A stretch of DNA of 64,000 nucleotides from Candidatus Bathyarchaeota archaeon (GCA_963775465.1 CAVZIW010000004.1:64001-128000), one strand, 5' to 3'. Positions 10,165 through 20,122 are shown, counted from the first letter of the stretch. Translations and numbers: made by a program. The notes: generated by a model not told the origin, from the letters alone.

Positions 10165-10926
10165 CTATCCGAATTCTCCTGTTATGTATTTTTCTGTTAA
10201 TGGGTTCTTGGGCGACTCAAAAATACCCTTAGTCGGTCCAAACTCAATTAATTCGCCCAAATAGAGGAATGCTGTGTAATCAGAAACTCTTGAGGCTTGT
10301 TGCATGTTATGAGTAACAATGCCAACTGTATAATCGCGCTTAAGTTCAACTACCAACCGCTCGATCTTGGCAGAAGCAATTGGATCCAACGCTGAAGTCG
10401 GCTCATCCATCAAAATAACTTCTGGCTGTAATGCAATAGCCCGCGCAATACACAGCCTCTGTTGTTGACCGCCAGATATACTCGTGCCTGGCTTTTTCAA
10501 ATCATCTTTAACTTCATCCCAAAGGGTTGAACGAACCAGGCTTTTCCTCACTATTTCATCGAGATTCTTTCCTTTTCTTGCACCTGTCAACTTTAATCCA
10601 GCCGCGACATTATCGTAGATGGACATTGTGGGGAAAGGATTGGGTTTTTGAAAAACCATTCCTACCCGTCGTCTAATCATAACGGCATCAACGGTTGGAG
10701 CATAAATGTCTTCACTATCAAGGAGCACCTGTCCAGATATTTTGGCATTAGGTACCAATTCATGCATCCTGTTTAAGGTTCGAATGAATGTTGATTTACC
10801 GCACCCTGATGGCCCAATTATAGCTGTCACAGCGTTCGCCTTAAGTGAAATACTTATGTCCTTTAGGGCTTGCTTTGAACCAAACCAAGCATTCAAGTTC
10901 ACACTTTGCATTTTTACATTATCCAC
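10165..10926 (-). CDS. pstB: Phosphate ABC transporter ATPase
   Basis: [46 protein letters not shown]. Confidence 0.97.
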   Translation of the reverse strand: MDNVKMQSVNLNAWFGSKQALKDISISLKANAVTAIIGPSGCGKSTFIRTLNRMHELVPNAKISGQVLLDSEDIYAPTVDAVMIRRRVGMVFQKPNPFPTMSIYDNVAAGLKLTGARKGKNLDEIVRKSLVRSTLWDEVKDDLKKPGTSISGGQQQRLCIARAIALQPEVILMDEPTSALDPIASAKIERLVVELKRDYTVGIVTHNMQQASRVSDYTAFLYLGELIEFGPTKGIFESPKNPLTEKYITGEFG

Positions 10927-10932
10927 TTGTTA

Positions 10933-11796
10933 TCACCTTGAAAACAGACCCCTACCCCTGCTTGCTAATCTAACACCTATGTTGAGAGCCAAGACTATTA
11001 GGATTAGCACTAACGATGCCCCCCAAGCTTGAGCTTGAATTTCTGCCGATGGCTGTCGAGAATCAAGGAAAATCCTGAGCGGTAAGGCATCCATAGGAGA
11101 GTTAAGACCTTGAAAGAAAAAGCTGCTCCCTAATATTGTAAGCAATATGGGTGCAGTCTCGCCGGCAATCCTTGCAATAGCGAGAAGGGTTCCAGTGATT
11201 AATCCCCCTTTTGCAGAGGGTATTACAATGCTAATTATTGTTCGCCATCGGTGTATTCCTAGAGCCATTGATGCTTCACGTACGCTCGTAGGAACGAGTT
11301 TCATCGATTCTTCTGTTGTTCGTGCAACTATTGGAATCAACATGAAAGAAAGCGCAATGGCTCCAGCCAACGGCGAAAAAGTACCTATCAAGCCTATTAC
11401 AATTATGATGTAAGCAGTGATGCCTACGATTATAGATGGGAATTCGGTGATTATATCATTCATCGTTCTCATCCAAGAAGCATATTTGTTGTTCCCGAAC
11501 TCAGCCAAATACACACCTGACAGTATACCAATTGGGATCCCGATTAGACTAGTTAATCCTATGAGAATGAATGACCCTTGAATCGCAGGTCCAATACCAC
11601 CTTTCAAACCGTTAGCCGTTAGAAAGTTCAAACTGAGAACAGGAGCGCCCCTTGCTATTACTTCGTAGAGAATGCTGAGCAAAGGAACTAGGGCAATCAA
11701 TATGCAAAATAGACATACTACGTAGAAGAACCTGTTCCGGAATTTTCGGAAGTGGTAATTGTTAAACTTGAGCCTTTGGAGTAGCCTATTTTGCAT
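10933..11796 (-). CDS. pstA: Phosphate ABC transporter permease
   Basis: PSIIVG, REASMALG, LAIARIAGETAP. Confidence 0.95.
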   Translation of the reverse strand: MQNRLLQRLKFNNYHFRKFRNRFFYVVCLFCILIALVPLLSILYEVIARGAPVLSLNFLTANGLKGGIGPAIQGSFILIGLTSLIGIPIGILSGVYLAEFGNNKYASWMRTMNDIITEFPSIIVGITAYIIIVIGLIGTFSPLAGAIALSFMLIPIVARTTEESMKLVPTSVREASMALGIHRWRTIISIVIPSAKGGLITGTLLAIARIAGETAPILLTILGSSFFFQGLNSPMDALPLRIFLDSRQPSAEIQAQAWGASLVLILIVLALNIGVRLASRGRGLFSR

Positions 11797-12731
11797 TATT
11801 CTACGGCGCCTCCCTTGACTTTCAGAACCCTAGTCACCATAATATGTGCTAAAATGTTAATGATTAGACTAATTATAAGTAAAACTAACCCTGCGCCGAT
11901 GTAAGCTGCGCTTTCAAGCTGAGTTTGGGCGTCGAAGAAACCGTTAGCAATCAATGAAGGCAATGTCTGACCTGCCTGAAAAAGTGATTTTGGCATTGCG
12001 TTCGGACCGATCGAGTTTCCAATAACCATTGTAACTGCCATCGTTTCACCAACAGCCCTTCCTAAACCAAGGATTACTGCACCGAATATTCCCGAGCGTC
12101 CATAGCTGAGCACCCAGTGGCGAATTACTTCCCATTTTGTGGCGCCGATACTGTAGGCAGCTTCCCGAATTGAGCTGGGAACGGCGGCGATAACTTCTCT
12201 TGTGACTGAAGCAACGGTGGGGATAATCATAATTGATAGAATTATTCCAGCCGTAAAGAAATCTAAACCAAAAGGTGCACCACTGAAAATCGGTATCCAA
12301 CCAAGATATGCATGTAGAGGTTTTTCAACGAAATCCAAAACCCAGAACCGGAGAACAAACAAACCCCATAACCCATAAATAACGCTAGGAACGGCTGCGA
12401 GCAACTCAACTAGGTACGAAAACGGTACTTTCACGGCTCTGGGGGACATCTCTACGAGAAAGATGGCAATACCCAAACTCAAGGGCACTCCAATCAGCAA
12501 TGCGATTCCCGCTGTGATAAGCGTGCCTAAAATATAGGGGAAAACCCCAAAGGTTTGCGTAACATGGTTCCAGCTAGTTCCAGCGAAAAAGTCAAAACCA
12601 AATTTACCTATTGCAGTTGTAGAACCTGAGATGAGGATATAACCATTAACTACTAAAATAATAGCAGCTGAGAAGGCGATTATTCCCACTATGACTTTGA
12701 AAGCATTATCGCCTGTTAACTTCCGCATCAT
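11796..12731 (-). CDS. pstC: Phosphate ABC transporter permease
   Basis: ELLAAVPSVIYGLWG, LGLGRAVGETMAV. Confidence 0.95.
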   Translation of the reverse strand: MMRKLTGDNAFKVIVGIIAFSAAIILVVNGYILISGSTTAIGKFGFDFFAGTSWNHVTQTFGVFPYILGTLITAGIALLIGVPLSLGIAIFLVEMSPRAVKVPFSYLVELLAAVPSVIYGLWGLFVLRFWVLDFVEKPLHAYLGWIPIFSGAPFGLDFFTAGIILSIMIIPTVASVTREVIAAVPSSIREAAYSIGATKWEVIRHWVLSYGRSGIFGAVILGLGRAVGETMAVTMVIGNSIGPNAMPKSLFQAGQTLPSLIANGFFDAQTQLESAAYIGAGLVLLIISLIINILAHIMVTRVLKVKGGAVE

Positions 12732-12806
12732 GCAGATCTGCTCAAATTTTTATTGGTTTAAACAAAAAAAGGTTTGGATTAAGATTATATCCAGTCCTAT
12801 GAAATT

Positions 12807-13916
12807 CTAGTGGGTTGGAACAGATTGACCATCAAAGGTTATACCGTTCAGCGTTGTTTCGCCAAGTGTTACCAGGTTTGATGGAAGTGTTGCATATTCG
12901 AGTGCACCGGCTAATTGCTGACCATCATGCACAACGTACCAAATGTATTGAACTAGGGCTGTTGCTTTGTCCATTGTCATCCCTGGAATTACGTTAAGTT
13001 CTTTGTACACTAGTAGGTATGTCGGATTTGCTATTGGATAGGCTTGGTCACCGGGAGTGTTTAGTATAGCTACATTTGCCCAGCTATCGCTCCCAGATGG
13101 AAGCCCACTTGTGGGGAGAGATGCAGCTGCTGCGGTTGTTGTTTCAAGTGTAGGTAGAATAAAGTTACCGGCTGGGTTTTGAAGGGCGGCTACTGGTATG
13201 GAGTTTTGTAATGCGTAAGCAAGTTCTATGTATCCAATTGAGTATTCTGTTTGAGTAACAGTGGCTGCAACGTTGGAGTTTCCACTTGCACCTACGCCCG
13301 CGGGCCATTCGACTGTAGTACTGGCACCAACATTTGTACTCCAGGCAGAGCTCACCAACGATAGGTACTTTGTGAACCAGTTGGTTGTTCCAGAACCGTC
13401 GGATCTGTGAACCACTACGATGTCGTGATCTGGTAATGTCAAGTCTGGGTTAAGTGCTGTTATAGCGGGGTCGTTCCATTTTGTAATAGCCCCAAGATAT
13501 ATGTCAGCAAGGACACTTCCTGAGAGTTTTAGGCCTGAGTTAATGCCAGGTAAGTTGTAGGCTACGGTGATTGCGCCGATTGTCTCTAGGATGTGAAGTG
13601 AGTTTGGTGCGGCTGTCCTTTGTGCGTCAGTTAAGGGTGCGTCTGAACCTGCAAAGTCAACAACTTCGTTTGTAAAGTCAGTGATTCCTTTTCCACTTCC
13701 GCCGCCTTGATAGTTAATTTGGACGTTTGGTTTGATTTCGGAATAGGCAGTTATTGTGGCGTTAAGAAATGGCTGGGGGAACGTTGCTCCTGAGCCTGTG
13801 AGGCCAATTGTGGCTTCTCCTTCTACCGGAACTGAAAGGTAAATGTATGCTGCTACTGCGCCGATAATTATGGCAATTGTAACTATTGCTATAACAATAG
13901 TGAATTTAGTATTCAT
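12807..13916 (-). CDS. pstS: Phosphate-binding protein with N-terminal membrane anchor
   Basis: GSGATFP, YQGGGSGKG, DFAGSD, HRSDGSGTT. Confidence 0.96.
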   Translation of the reverse strand: MNTKFTIVIAIVTIAIIIGAVAAYIYLSVPVEGEATIGLTGSGATFPQPFLNATITAYSEIKPNVQINYQGGGSGKGITDFTNEVVDFAGSDAPLTDAQRTAAPNSLHILETIGAITVAYNLPGINSGLKLSGSVLADIYLGAITKWNDPAITALNPDLTLPDHDIVVVHRSDGSGTTNWFTKYLSLVSSAWSTNVGASTTVEWPAGVGASGNSNVAATVTQTEYSIGYIELAYALQNSIPVAALQNPAGNFILPTLETTTAAAASLPTSGLPSGSDSWANVAILNTPGDQAYPIANPTYLLVYKELNVIPGMTMDKATALVQYIWYVVHDGQQLAGALEYATLPSNLVTLGETTLNGITFDGQSVPTH

Positions 13917-14035
13917 ATTCTTAATCCTCTTTTACAAGCGATTAACATCCAACTACTGTTATATATTAGACGTTCATAAAAAATATAGACTATATAGATA
14001 CACCTAATATAATCAATACAAATTGTAGAAGGAAC
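13917..14035. promoter_or_regulatory. Divergent promoter region between pstS and the AbrB-PhoU regulator
   Basis: 119-bp AT-rich gap with TATA-like ttatatatta (13959-13968) and tandem atataga-c-tatataga (13983-13998). Confidence 0.5.
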
Positions 14036-15097
14036 GTGGAGACTACAGTGGCTAAAGAGACAGAAAAAATAAACGAAGAACAACGCAAACTCCAAGTTAC
14101 AGGTGGCTCAACATTCATACTCTCATTACCAAAAGAATGGGCCACTAAAAACGCACTCAAACGAGGAAGTTCTATGATGGTCCGTGAAGAAGAAGACGGT
14201 TCATTATCCATAGTTCCATCAACCTTCCCGAAAAAAGAAAAACAAGATGAAGCCTTCATAAAAGTATCACAAGACGACAACCCCGATGCCATCATGAGAA
14301 CAGCAATTTCCGCCTACTTAAGCGGTTACAACATTCTGCACATGAAAGCCCAAGGACAAAAACTTTTGTCCTCAAAACTTCGAAACCACCTTAAAAATTT
14401 CGCCAGAAACTACCTAGTTGGAACAGAAATAGTAATCGACACCCCAACAGAATTAACACTTCAGGTGCTTCTAAACTACCCTGAACTAACAGTTCAAAAT
14501 GCCATAAGCCGCATGTCAATAATTGCATCGTCCATGCACAAAGAAGCCATAAACTCATTAAGAAAACCTGATTACCAGAACAGCAAAGCCGTTATCGAAA
14601 CTGACCGAGAAGTAAACCGCTTCGGCTTGTACATAGTGCGACTCCTAAAACTAGCAGTCTCAAACCAGAGAATCGTTAGAGAAATCGGCTTAACTAGCCA
14701 AAAAGAATGTTTAGGCTACAGGCTTTTAGCCAAGGCGGTTGAAAGAACCGCTGATCATGCAACAAAAATCGCCGAAAACACGCTGTTGCTTAAAGAGCCC
14801 GTAAACAAGGAGCTTTTAGAAAAAATCAGTCAACTAAGCGATCTTGCTATTTCAATGTTTGAGAATTCGATGGAAGCGCTGTTTAAACACGATTTTAACT
14901 TGGCTGAAAACGTCATTGAAAGACTTAGTCAAGTGCATAAGATTGAGAAAGAGACAGTTATGTACTCTCATAATGCCGAGAGTGAAGAAATGGTGAACTT
15001 GAGATTGCTCATCGAGAGTGTTAGACGAACTGCTGAGTATGCTGCCGACATCTCTGAAGTTGTGCTAAACCTAAATGTAGAATCAGTCTTAAGCTAG
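14036..15097 (+). CDS. Archaeal phosphate uptake regulator (AbrB N-terminus + PhoU domains)
   Basis: RKLQVTGGSTFILSLPKEWA AbrB motif; DREVNR, ERTADHA, RRTAEYAADISE. Confidence 0.92.
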   Translation: METTVAKETEKINEEQRKLQVTGGSTFILSLPKEWATKNALKRGSSMMVREEEDGSLSIVPSTFPKKEKQDEAFIKVSQDDNPDAIMRTAISAYLSGYNILHMKAQGQKLLSSKLRNHLKNFARNYLVGTEIVIDTPTELTLQVLLNYPELTVQNAISRMSIIASSMHKEAINSLRKPDYQNSKAVIETDREVNRFGLYIVRLLKLAVSNQRIVREIGLTSQKECLGYRLLAKAVERTADHATKIAENTLLLKEPVNKELLEKISQLSDLAISMFENSMEALFKHDFNLAENVIERLSQVHKIEKETVMYSHNAESEEMVNLRLLIESVRRTAEYAADISEVVLNLNVESVLS

Positions 15098-15391
15098 TTT
15101 TTTCATCCAAACTTTCTCACTTCAATTCGAAGATACTAATTCATTTAATTTAAAGAAACCAAGAAAATTGTCCAGCACACTATTTGGGAAATAAGAACTC
15201 TTTCAACAACTACAACCAAAACGCAACCAACAAACAACTAAAACACAAAACAAACCCCCAAATACAAAACTAAAAAAATAGAATCCCAAAACCACCCACA
15301 ACAACCAATACAACAAAAAGCAAAATCAAAACAAAAGGACTAAACCCAATGCTCTTTTCTGAGGCGTCCTTCTCGACAACTCAGTTTGCAA

Positions 15392-15565
15392 TTATTGTAA
15401 GACCTGTAAAAAACAGAGCAATTCTGGATTTTGATCTAAGCTGGAATCATCAATTAAATGAGCTGTACCGTCAGGACAGTAGACTTTGTCGCCTTTTTTT
15501 GCTCTTTGATAACGTTTTCCACACTCTTTTAGTTTGCAGCAACCATCACAATCTCTCGATAGCAT
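15392..15565 (-). CDS. Small Cys-rich protein (57 aa)
   Basis: SD-like GAGGTGA upstream of ATG at 15565; CDGCC, C, YCPDG..H. Confidence 0.55.
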   Translation of the reverse strand: MLSRDCDGCCKLKECGKRYQRAKKGDKVYCPDGTAHLIDDSSLDQNPELLCFLQVLQ

Positions 15566-15733
15566 TCTTTTATTCACCTCTCCACATGTTCAAGAACAAA
15601 ATGGCAGAAGACACCTATAGAGATAACCTCCATAATCTATATATAAAATATAGAAAACCACCAAGCCACAAACCTCCAAAACACTAAGAAACCTTTAAGA
15701 AACCAAGAAACACTCAAGAACCAGACAAAAGTA

Positions 15734-16384
15734 ATGATCAAACTCAAAGCAAAAGGCATTTTTCTCGATCTAGACGGAACAATCGTAGATTCCACAGCAG
15801 CCTACATAGAAGCCGCCAGAATCACATTTCACGCATTAGGGAAACAACCTCCAGAACCCAAAACTCTCCTAGAGATTCCCCGCAGGATAGAACAACGCCG
15901 CCCAATAGACGACATAACCCAAGGCAACACAAAACAATTCATGTCAACATACCTCAAAGCCTACTATTCCGTTACAGAAGCCCAAACTAAACTAGTCCCC
16001 AACGTAGCATCAACACTACAAACACTTTCAGAAAAGTCAAAAATAGCATTAATAACTATGCGACATTGCCCCAACCAAATTATCTACAAAGAACTCGACT
16101 ACTTAGGCATAGCAAAATACTTTACCCAAATAGTAACCGCCATGGACACCCCGCAACCTAAACCTTCACCTCAAGCACTGCTCCAATGTGCAAAAACCTT
16201 CGAACTCGAAATAAAAGACTGCATTATCGCCGGTGACTCTATAGATGACGTAAGAGCAGGAAAAGCAGCGGGAGCGAGAACCGTGGCTCTACTTTCCGGA
16301 CTCTACCAAAAAGAAGAACTGGTCAAGGAAAGCCCAGATTTGATTTTACCAGACATTAATGCCCTTCCTGACTTCATTGAATGA
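15734..16384 (+). CDS. HAD-superfamily hydrolase (phosphoglycolate phosphatase-like)
   Basis: DLDGT motif I, KPSP, GDSIDD..AGK.AG. Confidence 0.9.
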   Translation: MIKLKAKGIFLDLDGTIVDSTAAYIEAARITFHALGKQPPEPKTLLEIPRRIEQRRPIDDITQGNTKQFMSTYLKAYYSVTEAQTKLVPNVASTLQTLSEKSKIALITMRHCPNQIIYKELDYLGIAKYFTQIVTAMDTPQPKPSPQALLQCAKTFELEIKDCIIAGDSIDDVRAGKAAGARTVALLSGLYQKEELVKESPDLILPDINALPDFIE

Positions 16385-16484
16385 TGGTCTTTTAGTATAT
16401 CCGAACTCGAAATATTGCTACAATCCGCCTAAAGCAGTTATATGGCGCTGGGAAAATAAAGTTTAATAAAAACCTCAATCTTTA

Positions 16485-17126
16485 GTGAATATGGAGAGAA
16501 GGCTTCAGCGGGAAATCAGTATGAACTACGTGGAGATTATATTAGGGGAGAAATTAAAAGACGCGGACCCAGCCTTAGACATTATGGGCTCAGACCGCAA
16601 AGTTTTACAGGTTGCTTGCCAAGACTTCACAAACTACCTTAAAGTCCATTGGAACCTCATCGGGAAAGAAGCAAACCAATGCGAACTAATAGAAAAACTC
16701 GAAAAACTATACAAAGAAGATACTAGCGAACTGGACGCATACCTGACAGTCTGGGCAGGCATTTGGTTCAAGAAATGGAAAGAACGCGTCAAACTGCTAA
16801 TCGGCAATCAAAACGCTAACAAATGGAGTAAAATGTCAAAAACACTCCAAGATGCGGAACCATTATGGCGCAAAATCGAACACAAACAAGAACTCTTAGA
16901 AGTAGTAGAAGCTACTCTGATAAAGAACGGAGAAATCTGTGGAACTGAAATCCTCTCAGAGAACCTAGTTAAAATAGAGCTCGGAGAGAGAAACCTAAAA
17001 GACGTAAGCGACCAAGAACGCGCCATTGTTACCTTAAACAATTCATTAAGGAGAGCAAGAGAAATGGCGCAAAGCAAGGGTCCCTTAATCTTTGTCAAGG
17101 TAGACAAAGGCTACTACAACGTCTAA
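16485..17126 (+). CDS. Hypothetical helical protein (start possibly ATG at 16521)
   Basis: 213-codon ORF with protein-like composition; no recognisable motif. Confidence 0.7.
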   Translation: MNMERRLQREISMNYVEIILGEKLKDADPALDIMGSDRKVLQVACQDFTNYLKVHWNLIGKEANQCELIEKLEKLYKEDTSELDAYLTVWAGIWFKKWKERVKLLIGNQNANKWSKMSKTLQDAEPLWRKIEHKQELLEVVEATLIKNGEICGTEILSENLVKIELGERNLKDVSDQERAIVTLNNSLRRAREMAQSKGPLIFVKVDKGYYNV

Positions 17127-17226
17127 AACAAAAAATGCCCAATCTCACTCTTTTTATTGCACCCTCAAAAACCTAAAAAACAGATTTCTATAGAAAACGA
17201 AAAAAACTAAATTAAAAAAATCAAAA

Positions 17227-17424
17227 TTAGCGGATGGTTGCGACTCGTGCTCTCTGCAGAGTCTTAGTCCGCCAACTGTAGCGACGCAAAGTTGCCTGAT
17301 CGCCAAAACCGCATGCCGCGCAACGCTTGTGGCGTACATGGTAGGCCCGTCTGCCGCATCGTCTACACATAATATGGACTGTTTTGCCCTGACGTTTGCC
17401 CATTGAGGGAGTGCCTTTTCCCAT
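17227..17424 (-). CDS. rpl37e: 50S ribosomal protein L37e
   Basis: [14 protein letters not shown]...YH....CAACGFG. Confidence 0.97.
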   Translation of the reverse strand: MGKGTPSMGKRQGKTVHIMCRRCGRRAYHVRHKRCAACGFGDQATLRRYSWRTKTLQRARVATIR

Positions 17425-17429
17425 TCAAC

Positions 17430-17657
17430 TCACCTTGGGGGAGGCGATATAAGGACTACGTTATCTCCTCGAACAATTATAAGTCCTAGTTTTCGTTGGT
17501 TTTCTACAATGGTTGTGTCTTCTGTCTCTTCTAGAACCAGGTTTAGGTGTTGGTCGAAACCCTTCAGTCTGCCTCTTAAGCTTTTGCCGCCTTTTAGACG
17601 TACAAGTACGATTTTCCCGATATTTTGTTCAAGGATTTCGGTTGTCATTTCGCTCAT
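17430..17657 (-). CDS. Sm-like archaeal protein (SmAP1/Lsm)
   Basis: Sm1 G.LKGFDQHLNLVL and Sm2 IIVRGDNV; conserved linkage to rpl37e. Confidence 0.96.
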   Translation of the reverse strand: MSEMTTEILEQNIGKIVLVRLKGGKSLRGRLKGFDQHLNLVLEETEDTTIVENQRKLGLIIVRGDNVVLISPPPR

Positions 17658-17854
17658 TCTGGAATCCTCGTGTATCTTTATCTCTCTATACTTTATCTCT
17701 CTCCATTTAAACCTATCTCATAGACTCAGGACATTGGTTGAGTATGTTGAAAAGTTTGGCGCTTTCTAAAAACATAGTCAAGAAAGTTTGACTAACTATG
17801 TCAAGAAAATAATACGAATAGTCTTTTATTTTAAAGCAGCTCTTTCAAGTAATT

Positions 17855-18574
17855 ATGGGAAAATACATCATCAAAAGAGTCTACCTATTTCTTATTGTTG
17901 TGTTAATCATCTTAAGCATCATATTGGTTGAATCTGCATTTGCTCAACCAGTACCCAAACCCTCGGTACCTGAATTCAGCATAGTGCCAGTTGGACCACC
18001 TTTTGACATACCGCCAACTTATTCATTTAATTCAAGAACTGGACTGTTTGATGCTAACGAGGGCTATCACATCCAATATAGCACAGTAAACATAATTATA
18101 AAGAATCAACTTTTCTCAAACCAATCAAGCAACGATAATTTATATTATAACGTGCGCATACGCCCTCATAACTATCCAGACAGCTATTGGCAAGAAATTT
18201 TCTACGCAGGTTCAGACGGTTATCCCGTCCAGACGCTTGCTAATTATACAACAATACCCATTGCGGTGGAGGGGTCGCAAGCTATAGGCCCCATTATCTC
18301 TGCTGGCGCTACAACTGACATTGAGGTCGAGGCAATGATAGGACATATTGGACGAAATAACACAATGATTCCATATCCCTATCCATACGTATTTTTCGGG
18401 GAAACAAGCGGATGGAGCAACACACAAACAGTGACCTTACCCCCAAAAGCCGCCTTAACGGTATCACCGAGCCCATCTCCACCTGTTCCAGAGTTTTCAT
18501 TGTATATAATTTTACTCTTGTTCATATCAATCCTCACAATTGTAGTCTTAATTAAAAAAAGAACACAATTCTAA
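17855..18574 (+). CDS. Secreted surface protein with PEF-CTERM-like sorting signal
   Basis: Signal peptide; C-terminal PSPSPPVPEFS + TM helix + KKR. Confidence 0.8.
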   Translation: MGKYIIKRVYLFLIVVLIILSIILVESAFAQPVPKPSVPEFSIVPVGPPFDIPPTYSFNSRTGLFDANEGYHIQYSTVNIIIKNQLFSNQSSNDNLYYNVRIRPHNYPDSYWQEIFYAGSDGYPVQTLANYTTIPIAVEGSQAIGPIISAGATTDIEVEAMIGHIGRNNTMIPYPYPYVFFGETSGWSNTQTVTLPPKAALTVSPSPSPPVPEFSLYIILLLFISILTIVVLIKKRTQF

Positions 18575-18674
18575 AAAAGGTAAATACTAAACAGGATTTT
18601 AAACAGAATACTTCATTTTCGGATATATTCCGCAGACCGTAACTATGCTTATTATATATTAGTATTACAGATAC

Positions 18675-18794
18675 ATGAAGGCGAAGCACGTGAGCGACCA
18701 AGAACCAAAAGTCAAACAAATACTCATCAAATTTGGATATTCTGAAAAAATTGCTAACAAAGTTGAAGCTTGGTACAAAGCTCCACCCAACTAA
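18675..18794 (+). CDS. Small hypothetical protein (39 aa, not in ORF track)
   Basis: Manual translation MKAKHVSDQEPKVKQILIKFGYSEKIANKVEAWYKAPPN; TATA-like ttattatatatt just upstream. Confidence 0.45.
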   Translation: MKAKHVSDQEPKVKQILIKFGYSEKIANKVEAWYKAPPN

Positions 18795-18838
18795 GCTTAT
18801 CTAAAAAGAATGTTATTTTAAATTAGTTGTTAAAGGTT

Positions 18839-19348
18839 TCAACACATAATTTTGAAATAGTTTGCAGAAAGACCTTCTGCAGATAAAATCCTAATTTCAT
18901 ACGTATGTCCGAACGATATTCCTTCTGAAAATGTGAACAATAAGTTAACGCTGGAAAATGCAGGCATTATAATCTCATTTTCAAGTTTCGCAGAATTATA
19001 ATTAACCAAGATACTATCTATTGAAACGTTTTGTGAGCCGTCGTTTGAAACCGTGACAACAAATGTTGATGAACTTACATTTTCTTCAACCCGTGCAATG
19101 GCTAGTTTCTCTGTGCTTGGAGAAAACGAAGAATCGGACAAACGGGCGGAGGGCACACTTAAAAGATTAGAAAGATCAGACGTTGATGAATGAGGAATTA
19201 ACTTTACTGCAACCTCCAAAGAAGCAAAATGAAAAGCACCATCTCCGGCACTGTCTGTTTCTTGAACTAAAACACCCACTGAAACTACGCTCAAAACTAG
19301 AACAGTAATTATGATTAAAAAGGCCAATAGATTTTTTCGAATAAGCAT
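18839..19348 (-). CDS. Membrane-anchored hypothetical protein with Ig-like beta-rich C-terminus
   Basis: N-terminal hydrophobic helix; VTVSNDGSQNVSIDSILVN beta pattern. Confidence 0.65.
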   Translation of the reverse strand: MLIRKNLLAFLIIITVLVLSVVSVGVLVQETDSAGDGAFHFASLEVAVKLIPHSSTSDLSNLLSVPSARLSDSSFSPSTEKLAIARVEENVSSSTFVVTVSNDGSQNVSIDSILVNYNSAKLENEIIMPAFSSVNLLFTFSEGISFGHTYEIRILSAEGLSANYFKIMC

Positions 19349-19446
19349 TACATCATCAAATCAACAATTCCATGGTTAACGGTATATCGTTTATGAATTT
19401 CAAATAACGATTAAAAAAATATACTGACTGCACCCTGTGCTTATAA

Positions 19447-20088
19447 GTGCCGAGCCTCTACCTTTTCAACAAGAGGCAGCGGCCGCAAATGTTGATAATA
19501 GAGCTAATAATTCTCTTCCTCACAGCTTTTGGGCTAAACCTCATCCCTTTCGCCGGCCCCTCCAATTTACTAATAGCATCCACTGCTGCCGTTGGAATAA
19601 CCAGCTCAGATCCAATAACCTTGTTTTCCATAGGCTTAACAATAGCCATAGCTGCTGCCTTAGCTAAAGGGATCTACTATGGCATCACGTTTTTTGTAAG
19701 CAAACATCTGAGTGAAAAAAGACAAGCACACTTAGACGCTGAAGCGTCAAAGGTCAAACGTTGGGCGTTTCTTCTGCTGTTCTTGGCTGCAGCCACACCT
19801 ATTCCTGATGAACCCATAGTAATTCCGCTTGGCTTAATGAAATACAACCTAGCAAAATTCTTTACAGCATTCTTTTTAGGCAAACTTTCTATCACTGTCG
19901 CAGGCGCATTTTTCGGCAACATAGCCGCAGGGTACTTCTCAAATTGGCTAAGCCCAACAGCAATGGTAATAATCTCAATAATCCTAACAGTCCTCATCAC
20001 CATTTTCTTGCTGAAAGTAGATTTCGGCAAACTAGCAGAAAAACTTTTCAAAAAGAAACCAAAAGCGACAAAACAAGAAAAACTATAA
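19447..20088 (+). CDS. VTT/DedA (SNARE-associated) family membrane protein
   Basis: NLIPFAGP, AATPIPDE...IPLGLMKY, GK motif. Confidence 0.8.
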   Translation: MPSLYLFNKRQRPQMLIIELIILFLTAFGLNLIPFAGPSNLLIASTAAVGITSSDPITLFSIGLTIAIAAALAKGIYYGITFFVSKHLSEKRQAHLDAEASKVKRWAFLLLFLAAATPIPDEPIVIPLGLMKYNLAKFFTAFFLGKLSITVAGAFFGNIAAGYFSNWLSPTAMVIISIILTVLITIFLLKVDFGKLAEKLFKKKPKATKQEKL

Positions 20089-20122
20089 TACCCAGCCAAG
20101 AACCCACATAGACAAGATAAAC

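Noticed and set aside
15349-15687. 112-aa plus-strand ORF
   Set aside because: Antisense to the SD-supported Cys-rich ORF and runs into low-complexity DNA
15660-15730. aagaaac short repeats as a possible CRISPR or iteron
   Set aside because: Too short and irregular, no spacers or cas genes; low-complexity promoter DNA
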